From NCBI GenBank assembly GCA_963716395.1, contig OY970309.1:3264001-3328000 (forward strand): 64,000 bases of DNA, given 5' to 3'. Below, one piece after another: positions 1 to 9,838 of this stretch (position 1 is its first letter; each line of letters starts with the position of its first letter). Made by a program: the position numbers and the translations under genes. A model generated the notes under the pieces. That model was not told the DNA's origin, ran no database searches, and was given only the letters and a program-made list of their open reading frames with translations. This stretch comes from an uncultured Fibrobacteria bacterium (GTDB lineage: Bacteria > Fibrobacterota > Fibrobacteria > UBA11236).

Positions 1-2
1 TG

Positions 3-143
3 CCGCTGTGCCTGGCCTTCATCCTCTCGCTGGCGCGCATGGTCGACCTGCCCTGGCACTACGGCGTCTGGCCGTTGTGCCTCGAACAACTACAATGGGT
101 GGTACACGCTGCGCGGCATGCGGCGACACCGGCCCACGCGTGA
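3..143 (+). CDS. 3' end of an unidentified CDS (partial, runs off window start)
   Basis: Frame 3 is open from the window edge with GC3-rich codons (PLCLAFILSLARMVDLPWHYGVWPLCLEQ...) to TGA at 141-143; hydrophobic. Confidence 0.5.
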   Translation, partial: PLCLAFILSLARMVDLPWHYGVWPLCLEQLQWVVHAARHAATPAHA

Positions 144-210
144 TAACGCGGTTTTCACAAAGCCCTTGAATTCTGGTGAAATTCACATGACCTTGTAGTT
201 TAGGCCCCCG

Positions 211-1230
211 ATGCTCGCTCGCCTCGCCTTTCCCGTCTCCCTGCTGGCTTTCGGCGCTTTGCGCACTCTCGCGATTGAGGATCCCACCGGAGGATTGCGG
301 CGCGATAACATCGCCGACCTGGCGCCGCATCCGCAGCCGAGCGGCAACTACAATGAATTCTGGACCTATCAATTTGGGTTGAACAACGGCGTGCAAGTGC
401 AGCTCAATCTTTCCCGCGCCGATTTCGGGCGGTTCAAAGATCCGGTATGCGGCAGTGATTTGTCGGTGATGGGTTTTCGCGGCAAGAATTATTTCGTGGC
501 GCGCGAATATCCGCTGAAAAACTTTTCTTTCGATTCGGCGCATGCCCGGCTGGCGGTCCATACGCGCATCTTCACCGAAGGGGCGCCTCCCCTCGCCCAT
601 CACGTGTTTTTCTCCACGCGCAAGGACGGGGTGTCTTATCTGCTGGATCTGACCTTTTCCGACATGACACCCGGAGTGGTCTGGGGCGACGGCGTCTTCC
701 ACCTGCGCGATCACCAGCAGGTGGGGCTTTATTTCCACATTCCCGGCGCGCGGGTGCGGGGCAAGCTGGCCATCAACGGCGACACCACCGATGTCCGCGG
801 ATTCGGATGGATGGACCACTCCTATCAAACCGATTTCGCCACCCGGCTCATCGACCATGGTTACCGCTATGTGACCTGCACCGCGCCTTGGCAGGGCGGT
901 TATTTTTTCCAGAACGGCCAAGGCGTCTTCGGCTATGGTGTGCGCAACCAGGGTGGCCGACTGACTTTGCTGAGCCCGCAGTCCATCCAGACCCCTGATG
1001 CCGCCGGCGCCGCCTTTCCTTCGACTTTGGTGTTGGCCTTCGCCGACGGAAGCCATGCCAAATTTCAGGTGCTCCAGGACCGGCTCCGGACTTCAGCTTT
1101 TCAGGAATTGAACTGGTTGCAACGCAAAGCGGCGGCTTTATTTTTGGGGGGAGAGCTAATCAGCGATCGCGGCACCGGCCGGTTCGACGGCGACACGGCC
1201 CTTTATTCCTTCATCGCTGTTCGGCATTGA
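211..1230 (+). CDS. Secreted AttH/CrtC/tocopherol-cyclase-like (lipocalin-like beta-barrel) protein
   Basis: N-terminal signal peptide; YNEFWTY and GFGWMDHSY resemble the EWWY and G-x-G-W-x-DH motifs of the AttH-like fold. Confidence 0.55.
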   Translation: MLARLAFPVSLLAFGALRTLAIEDPTGGLRRDNIADLAPHPQPSGNYNEFWTYQFGLNNGVQVQLNLSRADFGRFKDPVCGSDLSVMGFRGKNYFVAREYPLKNFSFDSAHARLAVHTRIFTEGAPPLAHHVFFSTRKDGVSYLLDLTFSDMTPGVVWGDGVFHLRDHQQVGLYFHIPGARVRGKLAINGDTTDVRGFGWMDHSYQTDFATRLIDHGYRYVTCTAPWQGGYFFQNGQGVFGYGVRNQGGRLTLLSPQSIQTPDAAGAAFPSTLVLAFADGSHAKFQVLQDRLRTSAFQELNWLQRKAAALFLGGELISDRGTGRFDGDTALYSFIAVRH

Positions 1231-1287
1231 GCGCAAGCAGGGCATGCCTCATCAGCTCCGCGCTCGAAACGCCGGATATTTTTTCGA

Positions 1288-2280
1288 TTACTCGTCGTCG
1301 GGAGCCGGCACCATGGTTATGACCCCCTTTTCGGTGGCAAACCAGGTGTCGCCATTCAACCCCGGCATCACGTAGTAGATGTAACGGGTCAGAAGGCCGG
1401 GCGTGGTGGTTTTGGTGTAAAGCTTCCAATCGCCGCCCGTGTACTGCGCCACGCCCCCGCGTATGCAGGCCCAGACGTCTCCCGCCGTGCCCTGCGACAG
1501 CGAATAGGTGAGTTCCGAGGACAATTCTCCCAGTCGAGAATCGGATTGGAAATCGGTCCATTTGCGATCGGTCCCCAGGCGCGCGACGCCGGCCTGGGTG
1601 CCGATCCATAAGGCCCCCGACGAATCGACCAGCAAATAGGTGACGGCATCGTGCGGCAATCCGCTGGAAGTGCTGGCGCGGGTATAGGTGGTCCACACCA
1701 CGCCGTCGAATTTTACCAGGCCGCCGATGGTTCCGATCCACTTGTTGCCGGAGGAATCGACGGCGATGGCGGTGGTGATGTGATTGGGAAGCCGCCCCGA
1801 AATGAGATCGCCCGTATAGGTGGTCCAGACGGTGCCGTGCAGCATGGCAAAACCATTGTGGGTGGCGAACCATTCCTGGTCGCGGTAAATCGCCATGGCC
1901 GTGACGTCATCGTCGGGAAGCCCGCCGTTGGTGGAGGCATTGGTGTAATGCGTCCATTGATCGTTGGCCAAGACGCTGATGCCGCCGGTGGTGCCGACCC
2001 ACAGGGCGCGGTAGCGATCCACGCCCAGGCAGGTCACCGAATCCGAAACCAATCCGCCTTGGGTGGATTCCTTGGTGAAGACGCGATAATTACCGCTTTT
2101 ATCCACCAGGGAAAGGCCGCTGTAGGAGGAATAATATTTGTTGCCCAAATCGTCCTGGGCCATGTCCAGCACCTGCTCGGAGGGCAGGCGTTGCTGATCC
2201 ATCCATACCCAATGGTATTGCGTCGCCTGCGCGAACTGCGCCCACCCCAAGACGGCCAACCCAACCACCAGGTTTCGCAT
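1288..2280 (-). CDS. Secreted beta-propeller protein (two-component regulator propeller, Reg_prop repeats)
   Basis: Signal peptide ending AQA; about 7 repeats of GLP-x-D-x-V-T...D-x-x-G-x-L-W-I-G-T-x-G-G. Confidence 0.8.
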   Translation of the reverse strand: MRNLVVGLAVLGWAQFAQATQYHWVWMDQQRLPSEQVLDMAQDDLGNKYYSSYSGLSLVDKSGNYRVFTKESTQGGLVSDSVTCLGVDRYRALWVGTTGGISVLANDQWTHYTNASTNGGLPDDDVTAMAIYRDQEWFATHNGFAMLHGTVWTTYTGDLISGRLPNHITTAIAVDSSGNKWIGTIGGLVKFDGVVWTTYTRASTSSGLPHDAVTYLLVDSSGALWIGTQAGVARLGTDRKWTDFQSDSRLGELSSELTYSLSQGTAGDVWACIRGGVAQYTGGDWKLYTKTTTPGLLTRYIYYVMPGLNGDTWFATEKGVITMVPAPDDE

Positions 2281-2449
2281 GACCCTCGGTTCCTCCGCTT
2301 TCCCAATTTAGAACCAAGACGGCTTGTGTTACGTGCAAAGAGCCGTTAAAAAATTTTCACGGCCTTCCGACCGCATCCATTTTCCATCATTCTACGACGC
2401 GATTTCCCCGTACACGGAAAGAATTTCTTGGTGTTGCTAACTTCGCAGC

Positions 2450-3397
2450 GTGATCCCCAATCGCTTTCACTTTGTCTGGATTGGGCCGGATTTTCACTTC
2501 GTCTATCGCCTGGCGGTGGAATCGCTGCTGCAAATCCACCCCGAAGCGGAAGTGCATCTTCATTATGAAAATCCGCCCCGGGGAAATCCCGATTGGGAAG
2601 CCTTGCGGTCCAAAACCGTTTTCCGCCCGCTGAACCTGGACGCCTGGCTGCAAGACCTGCCCGCTTCCATGCAGGGGCTGCGCGACGTGCTTCAGCGCGT
2701 TTCCTCGGCCTACCCCGCCGGCCGCAGCAACGTGGTGCGCTACCTGGCCTTGTACCGCGAAGGCGGCGTTTATCTCGACTTCGACACCTTGACCCTGAAA
2801 TCGTTCAAGCCGCTGCTTCAGGCTGCGGCCTTCGTCGGCGAAGAGCAGGTGTTCCGCTGCGACGACGATCGCGTGGCCGGCCGCTATACCTGGGACTTTC
2901 CTTGGGCCGCGGCCTTGTTCGGGATCAGCTACGGGTTGGCCTATGTCAACAGCCGCTGGCTTCGGGGTAACCGCCTGGTGACGGCCCTGGACGCCGGACT
3001 TTCCCGGTGGTGGAGCGCGCGCAAGCTCAACAACGCCGTGCTGGGGTCGGAAGCGGGCGGCGCCTTTTATGCCCGGGCGTTGGAATTGATCCCCAACACC
3101 GATCCCGGCATCCGCTTTGCCCTCGGGCCCATGCTGATGAACCGGACCTATGCCGAAATGCCCGAAGCGACGCGGCGGCTGGGCGAAAATTTTTTCTATG
3201 CCATTCCGCCCAGCCAAACCTTTCGCTTTTTCCAGGGCCCGGCGCCGGTATTGCCGCCGGAAGCGATTGCCCTTCATTGGTGTTCAAGCAACCATCGCCA
3301 ACTGGCGGCCAAGCTGACAGCCGATGCGGTGCGAAATTCCACCTCGCCAAGCCTGTACTTCCGCTTGGCCCGTGCCGTGATGGCACGCGGCATCTAG
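2450..3397 (+). CDS. DXD-motif glycosyltransferase (GT32 / Gly_transf_sug type)
   Basis: IPNRFHFVWIG start, RSNVVRYLALYREGGVYLDFD, LNNAVLGS, GPMLM and HW motifs; GTG start. Confidence 0.85.
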   Translation: MIPNRFHFVWIGPDFHFVYRLAVESLLQIHPEAEVHLHYENPPRGNPDWEALRSKTVFRPLNLDAWLQDLPASMQGLRDVLQRVSSAYPAGRSNVVRYLALYREGGVYLDFDTLTLKSFKPLLQAAAFVGEEQVFRCDDDRVAGRYTWDFPWAAALFGISYGLAYVNSRWLRGNRLVTALDAGLSRWWSARKLNNAVLGSEAGGAFYARALELIPNTDPGIRFALGPMLMNRTYAEMPEATRRLGENFFYAIPPSQTFRFFQGPAPVLPPEAIALHWCSSNHRQLAAKLTADAVRNSTSPSLYFRLARAVMARGI

Positions 3398-3448
3398 GCG
3401 GCGGGCAGGCATCCCTCGTCACGGGTCGTGAGATTCTTAGAGGTACCC

Positions 3449-4240
3449 TTAACCTTGGGTCGGAATGGCGATGGGTGTCGCCAGGTTGTCCCAATCCAAT
3501 TGCGCCGGCAGGCTGGTTCGTCGCCGGCGCAAGAGGCGCAGCACGATTTCGAGATTGGCCCGGGTTTCCGGGTGGTCGAAGTCATGGGGATGCAGGGCCA
3601 CGCGCAACACCGGCGCGGAGTGGAACCACAAAGTCCGCGCCGGACAAACCACGAGCGAGCCGTATTTCCGCCCCAGGGTGCGCGTGGCCCAGGTGATGAC
3701 GGGCGCGGGCAAGGTTAACCCGCGCTGGACGTCGTAGAAGCGATGGTGATCTTCGGTCAGCGCCAGGCTGCATTCCCGCAGCACCGCCAACAAACCCGGC
3801 TGGAACAGCCACGCGGGCGCCACGAAACCGGCCGGCCGGCGCCCCCCCAGGCAACGCGCGAACACCTCGCATCCATCCCGGATGCGGCGGCGCTGGACCT
3901 CGGGCGCCAAGGTCAGAAATTCCCCTTCGCCGGCCGTGAGCCAGCGTTGGCGCCAACGATCGCGGCGGTCGAGCGACGCCGTTTCGGCAGGGCCCCGCTC
4001 TTCATGGTAGAAGCCATGCAGCCACCAATCCACCGCAAAAGTTCGGGGTTCGGCGCACCAGGCCACGAAAGCCGGGTCCTCGTCGGCAGGGTAACTTCCG
4101 TGGAACTGCGGCACGAGCAGGTATTGCACCCGTTCGATTCCCAGCCGCCGCAAAAGGGATTCCGCCGCGCGCAGCCGCGCGAGATGCACGGGCGCCACGT
4201 CATGCAGCGACACCACGAGATCGCGCGGCGCAGCCGTCAT
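3449..4240 (-). CDS. Polysaccharide deacetylase-like protein (DUF2334 / CE4-like)
   Basis: VVSLHDVAP, LHGFYH, EGEF, GFVAPAW and RVALHPHD motifs; start overlaps the upstream glycosyltransferase stop. Confidence 0.8.
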   Translation of the reverse strand: MTAAPRDLVVSLHDVAPVHLARLRAAESLLRRLGIERVQYLLVPQFHGSYPADEDPAFVAWCAEPRTFAVDWWLHGFYHEERGPAETASLDRRDRWRQRWLTAGEGEFLTLAPEVQRRRIRDGCEVFARCLGGRRPAGFVAPAWLFQPGLLAVLRECSLALTEDHHRFYDVQRGLTLPAPVITWATRTLGRKYGSLVVCPARTLWFHSAPVLRVALHPHDFDHPETRANLEIVLRLLRRRRTSLPAQLDWDNLATPIAIPTQG

Positions 4241-5394
4241 GGCGCGCGCTCCGTCCAGGCCGCCGCCATGCGCGCCACGGCTTCATCCCAGGTGCCGTAA
4301 TGGGCCGCGGTGGCGCGGCTGCGCGCCGCAATCGGCGCGAGATCGGCCGCCGCCGCCGCATGCACCGCCGCCAAAAATCCGGCCGCATCGCCAACGGCGA
4401 AGCGAAACGGCATTTCGGCCTCCCGCAGCAGTTCGCCGGTTCCGCCGGCTTCGGGGCCCACCACCACCAGTCCGGCGGCCATGGCTTCGAGTACGGCCAA
4501 TCCGAAGGTTTCATGCGGACCCGGCGCCAGCAGCACGTCGTGACCGGCATACAAAGCCGCCACGGCCGCGGCGTCGGCCAGAAAACCAGCGAAGCGATAA
4601 CGCTCATGGCGAAAGGCGGCCAGGCGGTCCGTAAACGCCCCGCGTCCCGCGACGGTTACGGTGACGGCCGTATCGGCCAGCAGCGCGGGCAAGATTTCCA
4701 ACAGCAGTTCCACACCTTTGTCGCGATCCAGGCGTCCGGCATACAAAAGCCGCAAAGGCGCCGAGGCGCCATGGCGCCGCAAGGGCATGGGCGATGCCGC
4801 GGCGGCGTGGAAAAACGCGGGGTCGACCCCGAAGGGCAGACGCAACACGCGCGTGACGCCGCGGCGGTGTAACCCCTCTTCGAGGTTGCGCGAGGCCACG
4901 GCGGTCCAGTCGAAGCGGCGCTGGCGGCGGTCGAACCAGCGTCCCGCCAGCCGAGCCGCCAGCCGCCTGAGCCAGCGCGCACCGCCCCGCCGCGCCCAAG
5001 GCTCGACATAACTGGGAATGGGATCGCTGTGGTAAAACGCCACCAAGAGTCCGCGCCACAACCCCCAGGCGCGCAGCGCCAAACAAAACGAAGCGGTGAG
5101 CCAGGGGTCTCCGGCTTCCAGCACCTGCGGACGAAAGACGCGCAGCCAGCGCCAGACGCGATAATAATCGAGCAACAGCCGATACCCCTGCGGATCGGCG
5201 GTCATGGCCCGGCCAAAGACTTGCACCAAGGTCACCGCCGGAGAGAGTTGTTCGACGCAGAATTTCGGCCCGGGAAAAATCAGGCAGTAGTGATGTTCGC
5301 GCTGGTGGTTGAACCACTCGATTTTCGCCTGGTGGTACGTGCGGATGCCGCCGGCCTTGGGGCCGTAGAAGGTATTGATATCGATGAAGTTCAC
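4237..5394 (-). CDS. Glycosyltransferase family 4 (GT-B)
   Basis: DINTFYGPKAGGIRTY, LLYAGRLDRDKG and ETFGLAVLEAMAAG (E-x7-E) motifs. Confidence 0.9.
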   Translation of the reverse strand: MNFIDINTFYGPKAGGIRTYHQAKIEWFNHQREHHYCLIFPGPKFCVEQLSPAVTLVQVFGRAMTADPQGYRLLLDYYRVWRWLRVFRPQVLEAGDPWLTASFCLALRAWGLWRGLLVAFYHSDPIPSYVEPWARRGGARWLRRLAARLAGRWFDRRQRRFDWTAVASRNLEEGLHRRGVTRVLRLPFGVDPAFFHAAAASPMPLRRHGASAPLRLLYAGRLDRDKGVELLLEILPALLADTAVTVTVAGRGAFTDRLAAFRHERYRFAGFLADAAAVAALYAGHDVLLAPGPHETFGLAVLEAMAAGLVVVGPEAGGTGELLREAEMPFRFAVGDAAGFLAAVHAAAAADLAPIAARSRATAAHYGTWDEAVARMAAAWTERAP

Positions 5395-5433
5395 GCGGAT
5401 TCCCCGGGAACCGGAAAGTTATGTTTTTGCCCT

Positions 5434-6783
5434 ATGCTTGCGCCGGCTCTAACCGAAGCTCCGCCCCAGGCGCCCGACTTCGCACGCCGTCCGCATTGGT
5501 CCATGGGCTTTCGCGGCGCCTCGGCCCTGGTGTGTTGCTTTTTCGGCGAATTGCTGCGGCAAATTCCGGCTTTGTGGCGGGCCCGGCGGCGGTATCGCCA
5601 CGTGCGGAGCAACCGGCGCGCCGAACCGTGGGTGGCCTGTGTCAGCGACAATCTTGACGAGGTCAACGGCATTGCCTTGGCCTCGCGCATCCAATTGCGC
5701 GAATTACGCCGCCTGGGCAAACCCGCCTATCTGTTCGGCGTGGCTTTTCACACCCGGCCCCCGCGCTGCGAAGAGCCGGATGGGGCGGTGGTATTGGCCC
5801 CCGGGCGTTTTTCGGTGGATCAAGCCGGCTACCCCAACAGCGAACTGGTCGTGCCCCGCCTCGACGCGTTTTTCGATTTCGTGGGCGCGCATCCCGTAGA
5901 CCTGGTGGAGTTTGAAACCCCGGGTCCGGTCATGATGCTGGTGCTCATCGCCTGCAAGGCCTTGGGCATCCGTACGCTGTCGCATTACCGCACCGACATA
6001 CTCATTTACAGCGACACGCTCATGCAACACCGCTACGGCAAGTGGTTCGTGCAAACCTGGACCAAGCTGGCGACGCGTTGGGCCGGCCCGGTGATCGTAC
6101 CGTCGGAAGCCTACCGCGAAAAGGTCGCGGCGCTGGGAGTCGCGCCCGATCGCATTTACAAATTGCCGCGCGGGGTCGATCTCTCCGCGTTCCATCCGCA
6201 TTACCGCGACCCTTCGATCTGGAGCGAACTGGGCATTCCCGCCGACGGTTTTTTGCTGTTGTACGTGGGGCGCGTTTCGGCCGAAAAGAATCTGGCGGCC
6301 CTGGCCAAGGCCTTCGCCGCGGCGGCGGAAGTACGCAACGATCTGCGCCTGATCGTGGTGGGAGAAGGGCCTTTGCGGCGCGAATTGGAAAACGGTTTGC
6401 GTCGCGGCGGCCGCGTACATTTCACCGGCGTGCTCAGCGGCGAAGCGCTGGCGCGCGCTTTCGCCTCGGCCGATTTGTTCGTGTTCCCGAGCCTGAGCGA
6501 CACCTTCGGCAACAGCGTCATCGAGGCCCTGGCCTCGGGGCTTCCCTGTCTGGTCAGCGACGCCGGCGGCCCGCGCGAAATCGTAGTGCCGGGCGCCTGC
6601 GGCGAAATTTTCGTGCATGCCGATCCTTCGGCCTTGCGCGACGGCATTTTGGCCCTGGCCGGTGACGCGGATCGCCTGGCCCGCTACCGCGTTTCGGCCC
6701 GGGCGCGCGCCGAAGAATTCACCAATGAAAGCGCGGCCACGGCCTTCTGGAATTTTTATCGCGAGTTGTGGAAGCAACCCTGA
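5434..6783 (+). CDS. Glycosyltransferase family 4 (GT-B), possibly glycolipid synthase
   Basis: SDNLDEVNGIA, YRTD, LYVGRVSAEKN and DTFGNSVIEALASG motifs. Start moved to ATG 5434 (ATG 5503 is an alternative) because the 5029 start overlaps the divergent gene. Confidence 0.85.
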   Translation: MLAPALTEAPPQAPDFARRPHWSMGFRGASALVCCFFGELLRQIPALWRARRRYRHVRSNRRAEPWVACVSDNLDEVNGIALASRIQLRELRRLGKPAYLFGVAFHTRPPRCEEPDGAVVLAPGRFSVDQAGYPNSELVVPRLDAFFDFVGAHPVDLVEFETPGPVMMLVLIACKALGIRTLSHYRTDILIYSDTLMQHRYGKWFVQTWTKLATRWAGPVIVPSEAYREKVAALGVAPDRIYKLPRGVDLSAFHPHYRDPSIWSELGIPADGFLLLYVGRVSAEKNLAALAKAFAAAAEVRNDLRLIVVGEGPLRRELENGLRRGGRVHFTGVLSGEALARAFASADLFVFPSLSDTFGNSVIEALASGLPCLVSDAGGPREIVVPGACGEIFVHADPSALRDGILALAGDADRLARYRVSARARAEEFTNESAATAFWNFYRELWKQP

Positions 6784-6793
6784 GGAGAGGAAC

Positions 6794-7093
6794 ATGTTCG
6801 TGCATTGCGTTTACTTCTGGCTGAAACCCGGAATTTCCCAAGCCGAACAGGCCCGCTTCGCCGCGGGCGCCGAAACGCTGTTGCGCATCGGCACGGTGCG
6901 TCAGGGGTGGTTGGGCCGGCCCGCCGACACCGATCGACCGATCATCGACCGCAGCTATTCCTACGCCTTGGTGGTGGTCTTCGACGACCGGGTGGGACAC
7001 GACACCTATCAGGCCGATCCGGTGCACGACGCGTTCCGCACCCTGAGCCCGCTGTGGATCGACGTCAAGATTTACGATTTCGCCAACGGCTGA
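6794..7093 (+). CDS. Dabb family (stress-responsive A/B barrel) protein
   Basis: MFVHCVYFWLK...YSYALVVVFDD...YQADPVHDAF...IYDF pattern; strong RBS GAGGAGAGG before ATG 6794. Confidence 0.85.
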   Translation: MFVHCVYFWLKPGISQAEQARFAAGAETLLRIGTVRQGWLGRPADTDRPIIDRSYSYALVVVFDDRVGHDTYQADPVHDAFRTLSPLWIDVKIYDFANG

Positions 7094-7098
7094 CGGGC

Positions 7099-7824
7099 TT
7101 AAATCCAGGTCCGGTGCGCCAGGACGGCCAGCAGGAGTAACACTACCGTTTCTGCCGATTCCGAGACGAAGGATACCGTCTGCAGCGTCAATCCATGAAA
7201 GTAGGCGTTGCACAGGCGCAGGCCCGGCACGGCGATGAGGCCGAACAGAGCCAAGGCTGGAACCGCGGTACGCCAGGGAAATAAGAACAGCAAGAGCAGC
7301 AAGGTGGCGCTCAGAAACAGGGCCCGGATGCGGCGGCGGTGGATGCGGGGATCGCGCGCATGGGCGTCGGGCAAACGGTGCGGGCTGAGGATCAGGGCCA
7401 AGGTTTGCGCGGCCCGGCCCAGTACCGGCAGCACCAGCACGGCCCGCGGCTGCCACAGCGAGGGAAGCACCGCCAAGGCCGCAACTTTTGCGACCAGCAG
7501 AATAACGACTGTGGTCACACCCCGGCCGTCGGGTTTGAAGCCGGTTTCGAAGCCGTGTCCGGGAAAGGTGTGGCGTCCCTGGGCCATTTCGGCTACGCCC
7601 CGCAGGGGAACCCAGCCGTTGAAATATTCCAGCGCCACGACAGCCAGTAGACAACAGAGTACCTCGGGCAGAAAAAAGCGGGCGGCTACGAAAAGCAGTA
7701 CGGCGGCGCTGCCCATGCCCACACCCACCAGTGGGAAAAAATGGATGGATTGCAGCAGCGGAATGTGTTTCTTGTACGGCACCGGCAACACGGTGAGATA
7801 GCTCAAGGCGTTGGAAAGGCTCAT
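7099..7824 (-). CDS. cobS: CobS (cobalamin 5'-phosphate synthase)-like membrane protein with degenerate active-site motif
   Basis: ALSYLTVLPV, FFPLVG and C-terminal FHGLT...SESAET match the CobS layout; multiple TM helices; the H-x-D-G-x-x-D-x-x-D-G motif is not conserved. Confidence 0.7.
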   Translation of the reverse strand: MSLSNALSYLTVLPVPYKKHIPLLQSIHFFPLVGVGMGSAAVLLFVAARFFLPEVLCCLLAVVALEYFNGWVPLRGVAEMAQGRHTFPGHGFETGFKPDGRGVTTVVILLVAKVAALAVLPSLWQPRAVLVLPVLGRAAQTLALILSPHRLPDAHARDPRIHRRRIRALFLSATLLLLLFLFPWRTAVPALALFGLIAVPGLRLCNAYFHGLTLQTVSFVSESAETVVLLLLAVLAHRTWI

Positions 7825-7859
7825 GGCGTTTCCGGCTTAAAGGCGCCGGCCGCGGCCGG

Positions 7860-9788
7860 TCACAGGCGCCCCAGCAAATCAAAATCGATTTGGCCCGAGA
7901 AGGGATCGCTGCGCGCCACCTTGATCTTCACGCGCTGGCCCAGTTCGAAGCGGCGGCCAAAGCGACGGCCCACCAAGTGGCGGGTTTCCGCATCCAATTC
8001 GTAATAATCGTCGCGCATGCGCGCGACCGGAATCATGCCTTCGCCGAACGGGTTGGACACGGTCACGAATACCCCGAAACCCTCCACACCGCTGACCTCG
8101 CCGGAAAATTCGCGGCCCACGTATTGGCGGAACACCCAGGCCATGGCCACCTTCATGGCCTTGCGCTCCACTTTGAGCACTTCCAATTCGCGTTCCGACA
8201 CTTCGACGGCCACGGCCAGGGCGCGGCTGCGTTGCAGCCGCGACGGTTTTTGTTCGCGCAGATGCGCCTTCATCACGCGGTGGGTCCACAGGTCGGCGTA
8301 GCGGCGGATGGGCGAAGTGAAATGCGCGTAGTATTGCCAGCCCAAGGCGAAATGGCCCAAAGGCTCGGGCGCGTATTGCGCCTTTTTCATGCTTTGCAAC
8401 ACGCGGCGCTGCACGGCCGGCGGCAAAGCGCCCCGGCTGGGATCGAGCAGGCGCACGTAAAAATTCTGCACCGCGGGATTCAAATACCCCGCGGTGGTTC
8501 GCAAGTCGGCCAAGGTTTCGCGCAGCCGGCGATCCTGGGAAAGGGTGGGATGGGCGGACCACAATTCTTCCACCACCTCGAGATCGGGCTGCTCATGCAC
8601 ACGGAACAAGCCCGGCAGTTTATGACGATGCAGATAACGGGCCGTGGCCTGATTGGCCAGCAGCATGCATTCCTCGATCCAACCATGCGACGGCAGCCGC
8701 CGGCCCGGATAAATTCCGACCGGCTCGCGGTTGGCATCGAGTTCGACCTTGGGCTCGGCCAGGGAAAAATCGAGATAGCCTTCGTCTTTGCGCCGACGCA
8801 ACAGGGTCTCGGTGAATTCGCTGAGCCGATTGAGAAAGGGCTCGCCTTCTTCTTTCAAACCCTGGGCTTCTTCGTAGGAATAAAACCGCGCCACGCGCAG
8901 GAAGGTCTCCGCGAATTCGAAGCGCTGCAAAGCCCCGTCGCTTCCCACTTCGAGAAAACAGGAGAAGGCCAGGCGTTCGCGGCCTTCGAGTAAACTGCAC
9001 AGATCGGTGGAAAGGCGCGGCGGCAACATGGGCACCGCGGTCCAGGGAAGGTATTGGGTAAAGGCGCGGTGTGCGGCCTCTTCGTCCAGCGCGCCGTCTT
9101 GCGGCACGTATTCGCCCACGTCGGCGATATGCACCCCGAGCTTCCAGCGACCGTCGGGCAGACGTTCCAGCGACACGGCGTCGTCGTGGTCTTTGGCGTC
9201 GAGGGGATCGATGGTCACGATGTGCCATTCCCGCAAATCCAGGCGATGGCGATACTCCTCCCACACCGGCTCCGGCGGCAAGGCGGCCTGATGCAGGGCG
9301 CGCTTGGGATAGCCGTGCGGCAAGCCGCGATCCTTGAAAAACGCCTGGGCCACGTCGGAAAAAACCGCCGTCTGACGTACGCCCGTCAAAGTCTTCGCCG
9401 CCGGATACCCGAAGGGGCCTTTGCGGCCCAGCGGTTTCACCCAAACGCTTTGACCCGGCTTGGCGGCGCCGGCCTGGGATTTGGGCAAAACGAATTTCAC
9501 CTTGCGATGATCCGCCTCCACCACGGCGAACAGAAATTTTCCTTCGCGCACCACGCGGGCCCGCAAGGCGCCTTCGACCGGCGCTGCGGCGTCGGCGACG
9601 GTCGGTTTCGGCAGCTTCTCTTCCGGCGGGAGCGTGAAACGTCGGCCTTTCAAACGCTGCACGCGGCCCTCTGCGACCATGCGGCCTATCTGGCGCTTGA
9701 ACGCGATCTCCTCGACCGCCGCGGCGCATTCGGTCGCCAACTGCTTCCAGGTAACGGGTGCGCCGGCGCCGCGCAAATAGTTGATCAC
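7860..9788 (-). CDS. rnr: Ribonuclease R (RNB family 3'-5' exoribonuclease)
   Basis: TIDPLDAKDHDDA catalytic motif, IEECMLLAN, HFTSPIRRYADL, C-terminal S1 domain. Start uncertain: GTG 9788, or CTG 9842 overlapping the upstream stop. Confidence 0.92.
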   Translation of the reverse strand: MINYLRGAGAPVTWKQLATECAAAVEEIAFKRQIGRMVAEGRVQRLKGRRFTLPPEEKLPKPTVADAAAPVEGALRARVVREGKFLFAVVEADHRKVKFVLPKSQAGAAKPGQSVWVKPLGRKGPFGYPAAKTLTGVRQTAVFSDVAQAFFKDRGLPHGYPKRALHQAALPPEPVWEEYRHRLDLREWHIVTIDPLDAKDHDDAVSLERLPDGRWKLGVHIADVGEYVPQDGALDEEAAHRAFTQYLPWTAVPMLPPRLSTDLCSLLEGRERLAFSCFLEVGSDGALQRFEFAETFLRVARFYSYEEAQGLKEEGEPFLNRLSEFTETLLRRRKDEGYLDFSLAEPKVELDANREPVGIYPGRRLPSHGWIEECMLLANQATARYLHRHKLPGLFRVHEQPDLEVVEELWSAHPTLSQDRRLRETLADLRTTAGYLNPAVQNFYVRLLDPSRGALPPAVQRRVLQSMKKAQYAPEPLGHFALGWQYYAHFTSPIRRYADLWTHRVMKAHLREQKPSRLQRSRALAVAVEVSERELEVLKVERKAMKVAMAWVFRQYVGREFSGEVSGVEGFGVFVTVSNPFGEGMIPVARMRDDYYELDAETRHLVGRRFGRRFELGQRVKIKVARSDPFSGQIDFDLLGRL

Positions 9789-9838
9789 GGCGGTGGCCGT
9801 CGCCGGATCGTATGCGGGCGTTGAGGAGGCGGCGGGAC

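Noticed and set aside
5029-5433. N-terminal extensions in the ORF track (also 9843-10172, 12175-12471, 22098-22286, 22817-23269, 36473-36721, 47437-47742)
   Set aside because: They overlap neighbouring real genes; downstream starts coincide with family N-termini, RBSs or stop/start overlaps.
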